From the IMG/VR virus record IMGVR_UViG_3300031647_000033, positions 1 to 31,666 of that record: a stretch of DNA of 31,666 nt; one strand, written 5' to 3'. Positions 15,875 through 25,528 of this stretch are shown piece by piece (the stretch's first letter is position 1; every line of letters begins with the position of its first letter). This DNA is from a virus (Duplodnaviria; Caudoviricetes). Position numbers and translations under genes: made by a program. Below the pieces are notes generated by a model. The model saw nothing but the letters and a program-made list of their open reading frames with translations. It was not told the DNA's origin and searched no databases.

Positions 15875-16448
15875 GGTATATTCTAAAGGAGAACAAATAC
15901 ATGCATTAATTTCAAATACAGGGAACTACAATACGTTGTTTCCTGTTAAGGGGATTATACATGATGTTAAACATGGTGATACGATTACAGAATATCAAAT
16001 TAAGATATTGACAGTATATGATGATATTGATTTCATTAGAAGGTTTCTCGTTGGTATGAAATTCAGAAAAGACTTTGGTAATAAGACTACTACGTGGAAA
16101 CTAACTCGTAAAAACTATACAAAGAAGCAAGATTTTCAAGATCTTTTAGATGCTAAAGGTGAACTATATAAAGTTGTAGTCGACGGGCCTATGGTTTGTA
16201 AGCATAAGAATGAGATGATGGAGTTATTTAATAATATTCACAACTTCTTTATAGAAAGGACTATCTCGGATCTATTCGAGCTTTGTAATAGAACACCGTA
16301 TAGCGGAGGTACATATTATTACGAAAGTAAAGGTGTATTTAAAGCTTATCTGTTAAAATTTTTAGGTGAGAGAGGATATGGTAACGATGGCTTTATTGAT
16401 GACATGTTATATAGAGTTCCTTCTAGAGAATTGGATAAGATTGATTAG
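15861..16448 (+). CDS. hypothetical protein
   Basis: 195 aa, TTG start overlapping upstream gene. Confidence 0.75.
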   Translation: MIRNKVYSKGEQIHALISNTGNYNTLFPVKGIIHDVKHGDTITEYQIKILTVYDDIDFIRRFLVGMKFRKDFGNKTTTWKLTRKNYTKKQDFQDLLDAKGELYKVVVDGPMVCKHKNEMMELFNNIHNFFIERTISDLFELCNRTPYSGGTYYYESKGVFKAYLLKFLGERGYGNDGFIDDMLYRVPSRELDKID

Positions 16449-16457
16449 ACTTAATAT

Positions 16458-16489
16458 GATATATAGACTAAAGATATTTAGTTTATATG
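16458..16489 (+). promoter_or_regulatory. late-promoter motif within a hairpin covering the start codon
   Basis: GATATATA 16458-16465; stem ATATAGACTAAA (16461-72) / TTTAGTTTATAT (16477-88), loop GATA; ATG at 16487. Confidence 0.55.
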
Positions 16490-18172
16490 GGATTACCTAG
16501 TATTGATTTAGGAACAATAGGAGACGAAGCTATAAATGCTTTTGATAGATTCAGCCAATTCATGTCGGCTGACAGTGTTGAGGGTGATACTACAGCTGCT
16601 ACTAAATCCGAAACAGACGTCGATTCTGACGTAGCTGCAAATTCAACATCACCCGGACAATATCCTAAAGTATATGAAACTAATGGTTCAAGTATATACT
16701 ATACAAAAAACCAAGAAGCAGTTACATACAAGAGAGAGGCTGGTAACGGTAAAAAGGAACTGAGCGTAACTCCAGATCCAGCACCATTTTCAGTATTCAA
16801 TAAATATTCTTTAATGGATGCTCCGCATTTACCAAGTGGAGGACGATCTACTCATAATAAAATATCTCCTGAAGAATTAGAAAACCCTTCAGTCACTAAG
16901 ATAATAGAAATTACATCAGGATATAGTGGCAACTTAGGCTATAGGTATAATTATGCTGACTTTGCTCTCGCTAAATATTTCAATAAGATATCGAATAACA
17001 GAATGCTAACTCTTAGGAGATTTCCCTATCCCGCTCCTGATGATATTATCTCTCCTACAGAGTTAGACAAAAACGGTAAGGCGGTCCCGATGTCATCGCC
17101 CGATATAGCGAGGGCTGTAACATGGCTTGGAGAACAAACCGGAAATAACCTTAAAGATATATTAAACTTTTCACATGGTTATAGTTGGAAGCCCGTAGAA
17201 GCTGATGTGAATACTATGCATTCTAAGAATAGTGCTAAGAGGGGTAAAATGGGAGATTTGATTGATGGTAATAAATTTCTATCTGCTGCTATAAGTTCTT
17301 CGAATGGTAATAATGCACATGATGTAGCAACTGCACAGGCAAATGCAGGTTATGATTCATTTAAAGAGACATATCCTAATCACGTATTCGGACCATTAAA
17401 TGTTATAAAGAGTATTTTACAAAGAGATCAAGGTTTGAATTTCTCTCAGGAATTTACAATTAAATTTGAATATGAATTAAGAGATATTGGAGGAGCTAAT
17501 CCAAAGGTATTAATGTTAGATCAACTTGCTAACATATTAGTATTAACATATAGTTCAGCTCCATTCTGGGGAGGTTCTACAAGATGGATCGGTGACGGAA
17601 GTGTTGGGAAGCCATTAGGTGACATTAATATGCTTAAGAGCGGAAACATTACCGGATTCCTTGGAAGTGTTATGGGTGATCTTAAAGGTATGGCAAGTTC
17701 ATTTTCTGGAGGAAATGGCCTAAGTGGTATCGGAGAAGGTATTGGTAAAGCTGTGAAAAATATGATAGGTGGTTCTTTAATGGAAATGATGAACACGCCA
17801 CAAGGAGCTCAATCTGTTATAGCGATGCTATCGGGAGATCCGACAGGCCAATGGCATTTAACTGTGGGTAACCCTTTAAATCCAATGGCAGTCATTGGTA
17901 ATTTAGCATGTACAGATACTAAAGTTTCGTTTGACGGTCCTTTAGGTATTCAAGATTTTCCTGAAAAGATGATAATTGAAATTTCATTAAAACCAGGTCG
18001 ACCTCGAGATAAAACTGATATTGAAGCGATGTTTAACATGGGAAGAGGTAGATTCTATGTACAACCTGCTGATGGAATAGATACTAATGATACTACAGAT
18101 GTTGATTCATATGGAAGAAGTACTGGTGGTAAAGCAATTGCTAAAGAGTTTAGAAAAATTACAAACGGATAA
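16487..18172 (+). CDS. putative tail/baseplate structural protein (possibly tube-initiator gp48-like)
   Basis: First gene of the structural module, coupled to gp53-like gene; Gly-rich middle; family assignment is from context only. Confidence 0.5.
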   Translation: MGLPSIDLGTIGDEAINAFDRFSQFMSADSVEGDTTAATKSETDVDSDVAANSTSPGQYPKVYETNGSSIYYTKNQEAVTYKREAGNGKKELSVTPDPAPFSVFNKYSLMDAPHLPSGGRSTHNKISPEELENPSVTKIIEITSGYSGNLGYRYNYADFALAKYFNKISNNRMLTLRRFPYPAPDDIISPTELDKNGKAVPMSSPDIARAVTWLGEQTGNNLKDILNFSHGYSWKPVEADVNTMHSKNSAKRGKMGDLIDGNKFLSAAISSSNGNNAHDVATAQANAGYDSFKETYPNHVFGPLNVIKSILQRDQGLNFSQEFTIKFEYELRDIGGANPKVLMLDQLANILVLTYSSAPFWGGSTRWIGDGSVGKPLGDINMLKSGNITGFLGSVMGDLKGMASSFSGGNGLSGIGEGIGKAVKNMIGGSLMEMMNTPQGAQSVIAMLSGDPTGQWHLTVGNPLNPMAVIGNLACTDTKVSFDGPLGIQDFPEKMIIEISLKPGRPRDKTDIEAMFNMGRGRFYVQPADGIDTNDTTDVDSYGRSTGGKAIAKEFRKITNG

Positions 18173-18705
18173 TGAATTTTAGTGTATTTAATGATAAGAA
18201 AATAGCTGATGGCATTGTTAGGATGGTAACTCCAAGCATGTTGTTTGATAACATTGATACTTCCGTATTTGAAAATAGGGAAGTTCAAGCTGATGAATTA
18301 GGACGTATTGATTTAATTGCATTACGAGAATATGGAGGAGATTGGTATGGCGACATGTTATTGAAATTCAATAATATATCTAATCCTTTTTCGTTTAATG
18401 TCGGTGACATATTAAAAATACCAGCAAAGGAAACTGCAATGAGACTATGGAAAGATATTGCAGATGTTAACGTAAACGAGAATCCCGTAAGATCACAATT
18501 CATAGACACTAAAAGACTTACAACAAAAGATGTTAAGAGAGTTGAATATCTTGCAAAGAAAGCAGCGTCAAAAGCTAATGGTTCTAGTCAACTAATACCA
18601 CCGAATATGGTTAAGCATGGTGAGAGTAATATCAAAGTAGCTAATAAAAAGATATCGCTTAATCCTGTGAGAAAAAGCAAAGCGCCTAAAAAAATTAAAA
18701 AATAA
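18172..18705 (+). CDS. baseplate protein with LysM-like domain (T4 gp53 / P2 gpX-like)
   Basis: GRIDLIALREYG...LLKFNNISNPFSFNVGDILKIP. Confidence 0.8.
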   Translation: MNFSVFNDKKIADGIVRMVTPSMLFDNIDTSVFENREVQADELGRIDLIALREYGGDWYGDMLLKFNNISNPFSFNVGDILKIPAKETAMRLWKDIADVNVNENPVRSQFIDTKRLTTKDVKRVEYLAKKAASKANGSSQLIPPNMVKHGESNIKVANKKISLNPVRKSKAPKKIKK

Positions 18706-18707
18706 CA

Positions 18708-20834
18708 ATGGCATTAGAGAAGCACATTCTTACAAGAACTGAGCCTACTATTGAACTTGACGATTTAGAATTTAAATCATATGGCGAGGAAGACGGTGAA
18801 ATGAATTCATCGAAAGATTATGGGGCGGGTACTCCGTTCTTACGTATCAATGGTTATGATTTTGAAGGAGAGAGTATATCTACAATGTTACTTAATCTTA
18901 ATGGAATAATTCCAACGATAGATATTGCAGTTATAGATAAACACGCATTCTTTGCTGTAGAAAACTATCCAAGGAGTGGTGATGTTATGAGTTTGAGAAT
19001 AGCCTCAAGACAACCAGATACATTTAAGGATATTAGAATAGATTTCGATATTGAATCAGTAATAAGTCCTGTTAAACGACCGGAAGAACATGGAGCTGGT
19101 GGTTCTAAGTATACATTTAAAGGTGTGATGAAAATACCTGGATATTATGCTGAACAATGTAAATCATATGGAACTGGAAGCGTACTAACACATTTAGAAG
19201 CTATTGCAACTGACATGTCATTAGGATATGCATCCAATATAGATACTTCACATGAATCTGATTCTATGAATTTACTTATTGCATATCAGACAGTGTCTGA
19301 TGTTGTATCTAATACTGTACTACATTCATATATTGGAGAAGATAGCTTTCAAACATTTTTCATAGACCCATACTATTACCTTACATTTGTTGATGTCAAT
19401 GCAATGATAAATTCTGAAAATACAATTGATGAGACGTTTACTAATTTTGAAGATTCTCTTGACGAAAGTATAGGCGATGAAGATAAAACTCGTGCTGATT
19501 TAATACTTACAAATATAGATGCGCGTAAAGGAACTAATTTACATATAAGCAAATATGCTATAAAGTATGGTTCTGGAAAAGTTGCTAGAAAGTTTGGTTA
19601 TAAGAGAGTTGTTCAATTTTATGAAAACGAGCCTAATTCTAGTAGTGATACAGTTGGAATGGTTTCAAATGATATAGAAGCGTTATCCAGTTCTGTAATG
19701 AGAGATATTGAAGAACCTTTGAAAGGTCGGAGAGGTGAAGAGAGATACTTAAATGAGATAAAATATAAATATGTTGGACGTTCTTCTAATTCTACGAATG
19801 TAGTTAATATGCATCCTAATTATTTATTTGCAGAAATACAGAATACACAAAACATGGCTGAACTCTCTAAACTTCAATTAGAAGTAGAGTTAGATTCATA
19901 TAACCCAGGAATATACAGATACCAAAAAGTACCTGTAGTTCTATATAGTGAAGGCTTTAGTGCAAACTCGATGGCAGAAAGTGTTGAAGTTGCTAAAGAG
20001 GAACGTGGATTTGATAACATGAGTGAAGGTGGAAAAGACACTGAAAAAACATACGAATCTGGTCAACAAAGTGTTGATTCTTTCTTAAGTGCACACTATA
20101 TTGTCGGTGGTATTCAAATTTTATACAAGGCTTCCACTGGTAAACTAACACAGAAACTAACATTGCTTAGAAGAGAATGGCCAACAAGGGTTAATAATTT
20201 AGAAAATACTGATAATCCACCTGCTGTTACGTCAACGCCTCAACCAGCACCTGAACCAACTCCTGAACCAACTCCTGAGCCGGAACCGGCTCCAGTAGTT
20301 GAACCTAATGTTACATCTAGTATCTCAAGCTTTAATTGGTTTATAGCTACTGTTGGTGAAGATTCTAGTGCACAATTAATAACGGTTAGCGGTAGCAATC
20401 TAAATGGAGAGTCAATAACAGTTGAAGTTCCAGATGGCATGATGATGATAATTAACGATGAATACATTACAAGATATGATGCAATACCTGATGGTTCAGA
20501 TTCAGTTAATATAAACATTGAGGTATTTTTAGAAGAACCAGTCGATATTGAAACAGCGAACCTTGGTAATATGGAAATATCTGGTGGTGGTCAATTTATT
20601 GAGATTCCGATAGATACTAAAGTTAATCCGGAAAATCCAATACAATCTGAAAAAGATAGTAGATTTGAACACTTCTATACAAAGACTGGATTTATGGGTA
20701 ACATACAAACTAGAAGAGTATCTGATCAGGTAGTTGTTATTGTCGGACAAAAATCAAGTGGTGATCAACTAGAATTAACAGATGAAGCTGAATGGTTACT
20801 TGAAGACGGTTTAGCAAACGGAACAATAATTTAA
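18708..20834 (+). CDS. putative baseplate hub (gp27-like) with Pro-rich linker and C-terminal Ig-like extension
   Basis: Position between gp53-like and gp5-like genes; FLSAHYIVGGIQILY...QKLTLLRREW end-of-hub pattern; PEPTPEPTPEPEPAP linker. Confidence 0.6.
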   Translation: MALEKHILTRTEPTIELDDLEFKSYGEEDGEMNSSKDYGAGTPFLRINGYDFEGESISTMLLNLNGIIPTIDIAVIDKHAFFAVENYPRSGDVMSLRIASRQPDTFKDIRIDFDIESVISPVKRPEEHGAGGSKYTFKGVMKIPGYYAEQCKSYGTGSVLTHLEAIATDMSLGYASNIDTSHESDSMNLLIAYQTVSDVVSNTVLHSYIGEDSFQTFFIDPYYYLTFVDVNAMINSENTIDETFTNFEDSLDESIGDEDKTRADLILTNIDARKGTNLHISKYAIKYGSGKVARKFGYKRVVQFYENEPNSSSDTVGMVSNDIEALSSSVMRDIEEPLKGRRGEERYLNEIKYKYVGRSSNSTNVVNMHPNYLFAEIQNTQNMAELSKLQLEVELDSYNPGIYRYQKVPVVLYSEGFSANSMAESVEVAKEERGFDNMSEGGKDTEKTYESGQQSVDSFLSAHYIVGGIQILYKASTGKLTQKLTLLRREWPTRVNNLENTDNPPAVTSTPQPAPEPTPEPTPEPEPAPVVEPNVTSSISSFNWFIATVGEDSSAQLITVSGSNLNGESITVEVPDGMMMIINDEYITRYDAIPDGSDSVNINIEVFLEEPVDIETANLGNMEISGGGQFIEIPIDTKVNPENPIQSEKDSRFEHFYTKTGFMGNIQTRRVSDQVVVIVGQKSSGDQLELTDEAEWLLEDGLANGTII
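20250..20285 (+). repeat. 12-bp coding tandem repeat (PEPT)
   Basis: CCTGAACCAACT x2 exact plus degenerate CCTGAGCCGGAA. Confidence 0.85.
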
Positions 20835-20836
20835 AA

Positions 20837-20845
20837 GAATATATA
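20837..20845 (+). promoter_or_regulatory. putative late promoter motif GAATATATA
   Basis: Fills the 15-nt gap before ATG 20850. Confidence 0.55.
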
Positions 20846-20849
20846 CAGT

Positions 20850-22067
20850 ATGTCAGACTTTAGTACATTTAACGATTTCAGAAAGGGCTATAAGCTTGGT
20901 GGTAAGAACGAATATTCTGACCCTACATATCTTTCGTTTTCGATAATATTCGATTTTAACAGTGCTCAGAAATCACCATTACTTGGTGGTGGAGCCGCTG
21001 CATTCTATGAAAGACACTTGTCAGATGCTCCTAAAGATGACGGAACGGAAGAAGGTTCTTCTAGAGTTTACCATAAAGGTTATGAACATAGATTGAAAGC
21101 GCTTAATGATTTCAATTTGACCTTAGCTAAAATAAACAATGAAATGCCATGGTATTGGCAGTCATTAAGTGGACTTGAAGTGATTCAGCAGTATAATGAT
21201 GAGGAATCATATTGGGGTGGTGATATTAAAATAGAAACAATAGAATCACTTAATCTTACTATTTCTGGTTTAATGCACTTATATAGAACTGCTGTATTTG
21301 ATGAGGTAAACTGGAAATACATACTTCCTGTTAATTTGAGAAAGTTTAGAGCATGGGTTTATGTTACAGAAGTTAGACCTATTAAGAATATGACAAAAGT
21401 TGGTAATAATATAACTGTTGCTAATGGTAAATTGGATGGTGGAATTAATGTAGAGAATAGCAATGCCGGTATAAGCGGTACTGAGAATAGACCATTCTTT
21501 ATGTTTGAACTTGGAGAGTGTACGTTTGATATTAAGTCAGGTGTTAATCCATTTGCAGATTTGAAAAAATCACCAGAAGGTTTTGCTGTTAATGAAATTG
21601 CGTTCCATTATGATATTGTTGGTAAAATTGAAGCAAGAATGCTTAATGGTATTATAGAAGAATCTGCTAAAACGTCTGGTAATATATCTCCAGCTGGAGA
21701 AAAAGAATCAAGAACAGCTGATAGTTTAGGTGAATACGGTAAACAGGTTCTTACTGATTTTGGAAATAGTGCAATTGATAGATTAGAAGGTGATGCTAAC
21801 TTGTTCCTCGATAAGAAAGAACAAGAATTAAAGCAAGGTTTGTCTAACGTTATACGAGATACAGTACCAAACTTCGAAAACATATACCAGAACTTTGTAA
21901 ATGACCTCGATGAAAAAACTGATTTAACTGATATTGCAAGTAATATAAAAGACAATGTATTTGGATCTGCTGGTAAAACAGCTAAACAAGCACTTGATGA
22001 TGCTGCACTCGCAGGATTAGGTACTAATAACACAGCTGGCAATTTAGGTAACGCATATGGCAAATAA
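20850..22067 (+). CDS. putative tail structural protein (tube-fold/gp54-like)
   Basis: Context; WQSLSGLE...IKIETIESLNLTISGLMHLYR pattern reminiscent of tube-fold proteins. Confidence 0.45.
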   Translation: MSDFSTFNDFRKGYKLGGKNEYSDPTYLSFSIIFDFNSAQKSPLLGGGAAAFYERHLSDAPKDDGTEEGSSRVYHKGYEHRLKALNDFNLTLAKINNEMPWYWQSLSGLEVIQQYNDEESYWGGDIKIETIESLNLTISGLMHLYRTAVFDEVNWKYILPVNLRKFRAWVYVTEVRPIKNMTKVGNNITVANGKLDGGINVENSNAGISGTENRPFFMFELGECTFDIKSGVNPFADLKKSPEGFAVNEIAFHYDIVGKIEARMLNGIIEESAKTSGNISPAGEKESRTADSLGEYGKQVLTDFGNSAIDRLEGDANLFLDKKEQELKQGLSNVIRDTVPNFENIYQNFVNDLDEKTDLTDIASNIKDNVFGSAGKTAKQALDDAALAGLGTNNTAGNLGNAYGK

Positions 22068-22770
22068 CGAACTATATCAAGATAATCTACGAGAAACCCA
22101 TTGGCTTGGGGAAGTAGTGGACAACATAGATCCGGATAAATTAGGTAGGTGTAGGGTTAAAGTTTTTGGTAAATTTGATTTGCTTGAAACTGAATCAATC
22201 CCATGGGCAACTCCTATGAATAGGAATATGACAGGAGCTTGGCATGTACCTAATATTGGCGAGATTGTTTCTGTTAGATTTGACAACGGAAACATATATC
22301 ATCCAGAATATGGATTTCAAATTAATAATAATGATCTGTTAAGCAGTGAAGTTGTTACTGATATAGAAAATCCTGAAGATTTAGTGTCATTAGTATATGA
22401 TCAGAAACGAAATGTAAAGATATACAGACATCCGACTGATGGTATAATAATAGCATCATGTAATCCTGAAGGAAGTGGTGTTACATCTGGTGGAAAACCA
22501 ATGTTGAGATTATCTGAAGAAGGTGACATATTCTTATATGCGTCAAATGTATATATTGCAACTGACGATCAAGGAGATACACAGCAACCTGCAGTTAGGG
22601 GTAAGAGTCTAGAGAAGTTTCTACAAGAATTCTTAGATGATTATACTACACATACTCATAATACTGGTACTGGTCCCTCAACTACTTTAATAAACCCAGT
22701 AACAGCAAATTTGCTAGGTTTTAAACATGCAGAATATCAACAAGAATTTAAAACTAGCGGAAGCGACTAA
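22057..22770 (+). CDS. baseplate central spike (gp5/gpV-like, OB fold)
   Basis: GEVVDNIDPDKLGRCRVKVFG...IPWATP...VPNIGEIVSVRFDNGNIYHP; C-terminal HTH (HxH) tip motif. Confidence 0.88.
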   Translation: MANNELYQDNLRETHWLGEVVDNIDPDKLGRCRVKVFGKFDLLETESIPWATPMNRNMTGAWHVPNIGEIVSVRFDNGNIYHPEYGFQINNNDLLSSEVVTDIENPEDLVSLVYDQKRNVKIYRHPTDGIIIASCNPEGSGVTSGGKPMLRLSEEGDIFLYASNVYIATDDQGDTQQPAVRGKSLEKFLQEFLDDYTTHTHNTGTGPSTTLINPVTANLLGFKHAEYQQEFKTSGSD

Positions 22771-22780
22771 AACTTAAAAT

Positions 22781-24217
22781 ATGCCAGCAAATTGGGCCTC
22801 ATTTATTCCTGACGTTAAGGACTTAATTTTATCACATCCAGAAAGTCCTAAGGTATTTGGTGAAACTTTAGCTAAACACTATGTTTCAGCAGTATCATCA
22901 GGTGCTGCATCTATGTTTGGACAAACTCATAGTAATAAACTCGGTGAGACAGATTTAGTGAGTAAATATGGTGAATGGTTTGAGAAACTACGGGAAGAGG
23001 ACTTAGATCCTCCAATGGCTAATGAAATTGACGAAGACGGTAATGAAATAGCATTCAGTGGAAAGGAAAGCGATCCAGATTTTTCAGATCCAGATATGAC
23101 TGAATCTGAAAAGCCTGTTATAGATCCTGAAAAGTTTAATACATTCATTGAAGATTATTCAGTTGAATTAAACTTACATAAATTCAAGCATTTTGAGTTT
23201 AATTTAAAAGGTGGTGAAACATTCAATGAAGCTACTGATATAATAGTAGATAGGCTCGTCTCATCACTAAATCAATACTCAGGAAACAATAGAGTTGATT
23301 TTATTAAATGGGTTCGTAGTTTTGGTATGTGGGCAACTGGTTATGCTGGAGTAATCGCTAGAAATAATTACAAAGATGGTGTTAAGGCATCTATAGATTC
23401 TCATGGATTTGATGCAGATGATTTTATAAAAAGCGTCAGAACTAAATTTCTAGATATACTCCGAATTGCGTACGATACTAGTAGCTATGATAACGTCGAG
23501 AGTTTAATACGGGAGACACCAATACATCCAATTCAGATTCTTAATGAAACTATAACATTTAGACACGAAGTCATTCAGGAAGTGTTTGACAAGGGAAATG
23601 ACAGTGAAGATTATAAAGTATCTTCCATACTAACAAATTATTTCATAACATATTTTACATACGGCGGTTCTACAACATCATCGATTTTAACTAATAGTCT
23701 TATGGAAAACGTATATGATAAGTCTGAATTAAAGGCTAAATGGTTACATTCACCGGACGTAAATTCAAAAGAAGACATACTCAATAAAACAGGAGGTACT
23801 TTGTACATGTATACTCGTCAGGAAATGATTGACGCAACAGACGAATCTGAGGAAGACGGAAAGGTTGACGCTTATATGGAACTAGCGAAAGCTACTATAG
23901 CATATTGGAAAGCTACAGGACCGCAACCATTAAAAAGCATGCCAGCTGCATTTCCATGTACTATAAGCGCACCTTTAGGCGGTAAATACATACCTGTATA
24001 TTATGGTAGTGCCTCTAAATTAGCTGAGGACATACGTAAATCTTTAAATTCTGGTAAAACGTCAAACGATGCTAATACTGCCGCATTAAAAGTAGCAAAG
24101 GGATTATCGCTAGCATACTCTAGGAATTTAATACAAATGAAATTCATATATCTTGGTGGTATACCGACACCGGTTGGCAGTTTACCCATGATTGGTTTTG
24201 TACCATTTGTATTTTAA
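22781..24217 (+). CDS. hypothetical protein, probably structural
   Basis: 478 aa directly after the spike gene. Confidence 0.6.
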   Translation: MPANWASFIPDVKDLILSHPESPKVFGETLAKHYVSAVSSGAASMFGQTHSNKLGETDLVSKYGEWFEKLREEDLDPPMANEIDEDGNEIAFSGKESDPDFSDPDMTESEKPVIDPEKFNTFIEDYSVELNLHKFKHFEFNLKGGETFNEATDIIVDRLVSSLNQYSGNNRVDFIKWVRSFGMWATGYAGVIARNNYKDGVKASIDSHGFDADDFIKSVRTKFLDILRIAYDTSSYDNVESLIRETPIHPIQILNETITFRHEVIQEVFDKGNDSEDYKVSSILTNYFITYFTYGGSTTSSILTNSLMENVYDKSELKAKWLHSPDVNSKEDILNKTGGTLYMYTRQEMIDATDESEEDGKVDAYMELAKATIAYWKATGPQPLKSMPAAFPCTISAPLGGKYIPVYYGSASKLAEDIRKSLNSGKTSNDANTAALKVAKGLSLAYSRNLIQMKFIYLGGIPTPVGSLPMIGFVPFVF

Positions 24218-24223
24218 AACATA

Positions 24224-24231
24224 GATATATA
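24224..24231 (+). promoter_or_regulatory. putative late promoter motif GATATATA upstream of S1
   Basis: Intergenic, 42 nt before ATG. Confidence 0.55.
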
Positions 24232-24272
24232 ATAAGATATTACAAACAAGTTAACCCCTTAAAAATACAACA

Positions 24273-25472
24273 ATGTCAAACGAACAAGTTACAGATTGTA
24301 ACAACACTACCCAAACATTCGACTGGGAATCATATTCGTCGGATTGCCCATCTACGCGTAAAGGAAATACAAGAATAGAAACGCCAGTTGGTGTGAAGCT
24401 GTTTTGTACAGAACCTTATGCTGAAGAAGCTCTAAAGCAATATCTTGGTGATTTTACATCAAATAATAGAATAGAGGAAGTTCATGTTAATCAATTATAC
24501 GAAGGTACAGTAAGTTCTATAAATATGGAATGGTGTACTATCAATGTAGGTTACCGAGATTCAGTCTATGTCGATATGGCAAAGGAATCAAAAGAATTTA
24601 CGGACATGTTACGAGTAGGAGAAACCGTGAATGTTCAAATTATAGAATCTAAAGGATCTATACAGGGAGAATATACATTAGGTTCAGTTGAAGCTGGTGT
24701 TAAACGTGCAATGTTTGACGAAATACTTAAGAGTATTGAACATTCAAAAACAGCGTACAGTGCTACTGTGAAAAGTTTAATTCCAGGTGGTGGTTACATC
24801 ATCGATATTCAAGGAGTTGAATGCTTTATGCCAGGATCTTTAGCTGGAATCAATAAACTACATGATTTTGAATCAATATTAGATACTACAATGTATGTAG
24901 TTCCTATGAATTATTCAAGTGATAGAGGTACTATTGTGGTTTCTCACAGAGAATACTTAAAAGCTCTTATTCCTACAAGAATAGAAGAAATCAAAGAATA
25001 CGAAAGTAATGTATTAGTTACAGGAACAGTTACTGGTTCTGCTAAATACGGAGTATTCTGTGAATTCAATGAATGTTTAACTGGTATGATTTATGCAAGT
25101 GATCTTAGCGAAGAAAACGTTAAAAGACATGCTGCTAGAGATATTAAGCCAGGAGAGTCTATTGAATTCTTTATAAAGAAAGTTATTTCCGATACTAAAA
25201 TCACACTTTCACAAAGAGAAGTGGAACATGTAAGTGATCCATGGAAGAATGTATCTGAAAGATTCAATACGCCTGTTGAAATTACGGGAAGTATCAGATC
25301 TGTTAAAGATTACGGAGTATTCATTGATATTGGTGAAGGTCTAGTTGGACTATTACATGTTTCTGAATTTCCAGAAGGATATGATTTGAATGAATTAGAA
25401 AAAGGAGCTGAAATTACAGTGACTGTTACTAGAATTGACGAAGAAACTCGTAAAGTTTTCATGGAACTTTAA
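24273..25472 (+). CDS. rpsA: 30S ribosomal protein bS1 homolog, four S1 domains (phage-encoded)
   Basis: YEGTVSSI..INVGYR; GGYIIDIQGVECFMPGS...VVSHR; GTVTGSAKYGVF..LTGMIYASDLS; DPW..GSIRSVKDYGVFIDIGEGLVGLLHVSE; N-terminal FDWESY as in Bacteroidota S1. Confidence 0.9.
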   Translation: MSNEQVTDCNNTTQTFDWESYSSDCPSTRKGNTRIETPVGVKLFCTEPYAEEALKQYLGDFTSNNRIEEVHVNQLYEGTVSSINMEWCTINVGYRDSVYVDMAKESKEFTDMLRVGETVNVQIIESKGSIQGEYTLGSVEAGVKRAMFDEILKSIEHSKTAYSATVKSLIPGGGYIIDIQGVECFMPGSLAGINKLHDFESILDTTMYVVPMNYSSDRGTIVVSHREYLKALIPTRIEEIKEYESNVLVTGTVTGSAKYGVFCEFNECLTGMIYASDLSEENVKRHAARDIKPGESIEFFIKKVISDTKITLSQREVEHVSDPWKNVSERFNTPVEITGSIRSVKDYGVFIDIGEGLVGLLHVSEFPEGYDLNELEKGAEITVTVTRIDEETRKVFMEL

Positions 25473-25496
25473 TTATATAATGAACTTAAAGTTTAA

Positions 25497-25504
25497 GATA
25501 TATA
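25497..25504 (+). promoter_or_regulatory. putative late promoter motif GATATATA
   Basis: Intergenic, before ATG 25529. Confidence 0.55.
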
Positions 25505-25528
25505 AACAGTACAAAAAACAAACGACAA

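Noticed and set aside
197-25472. Bacterial chromosome origin, suggested by galE, dnaJ, rpsU, phoH and rpsA
   Set aside because: No bacterial operon context; genes are interspersed with tiny ORFs and virion genes, and S1 is truncated and divergent.
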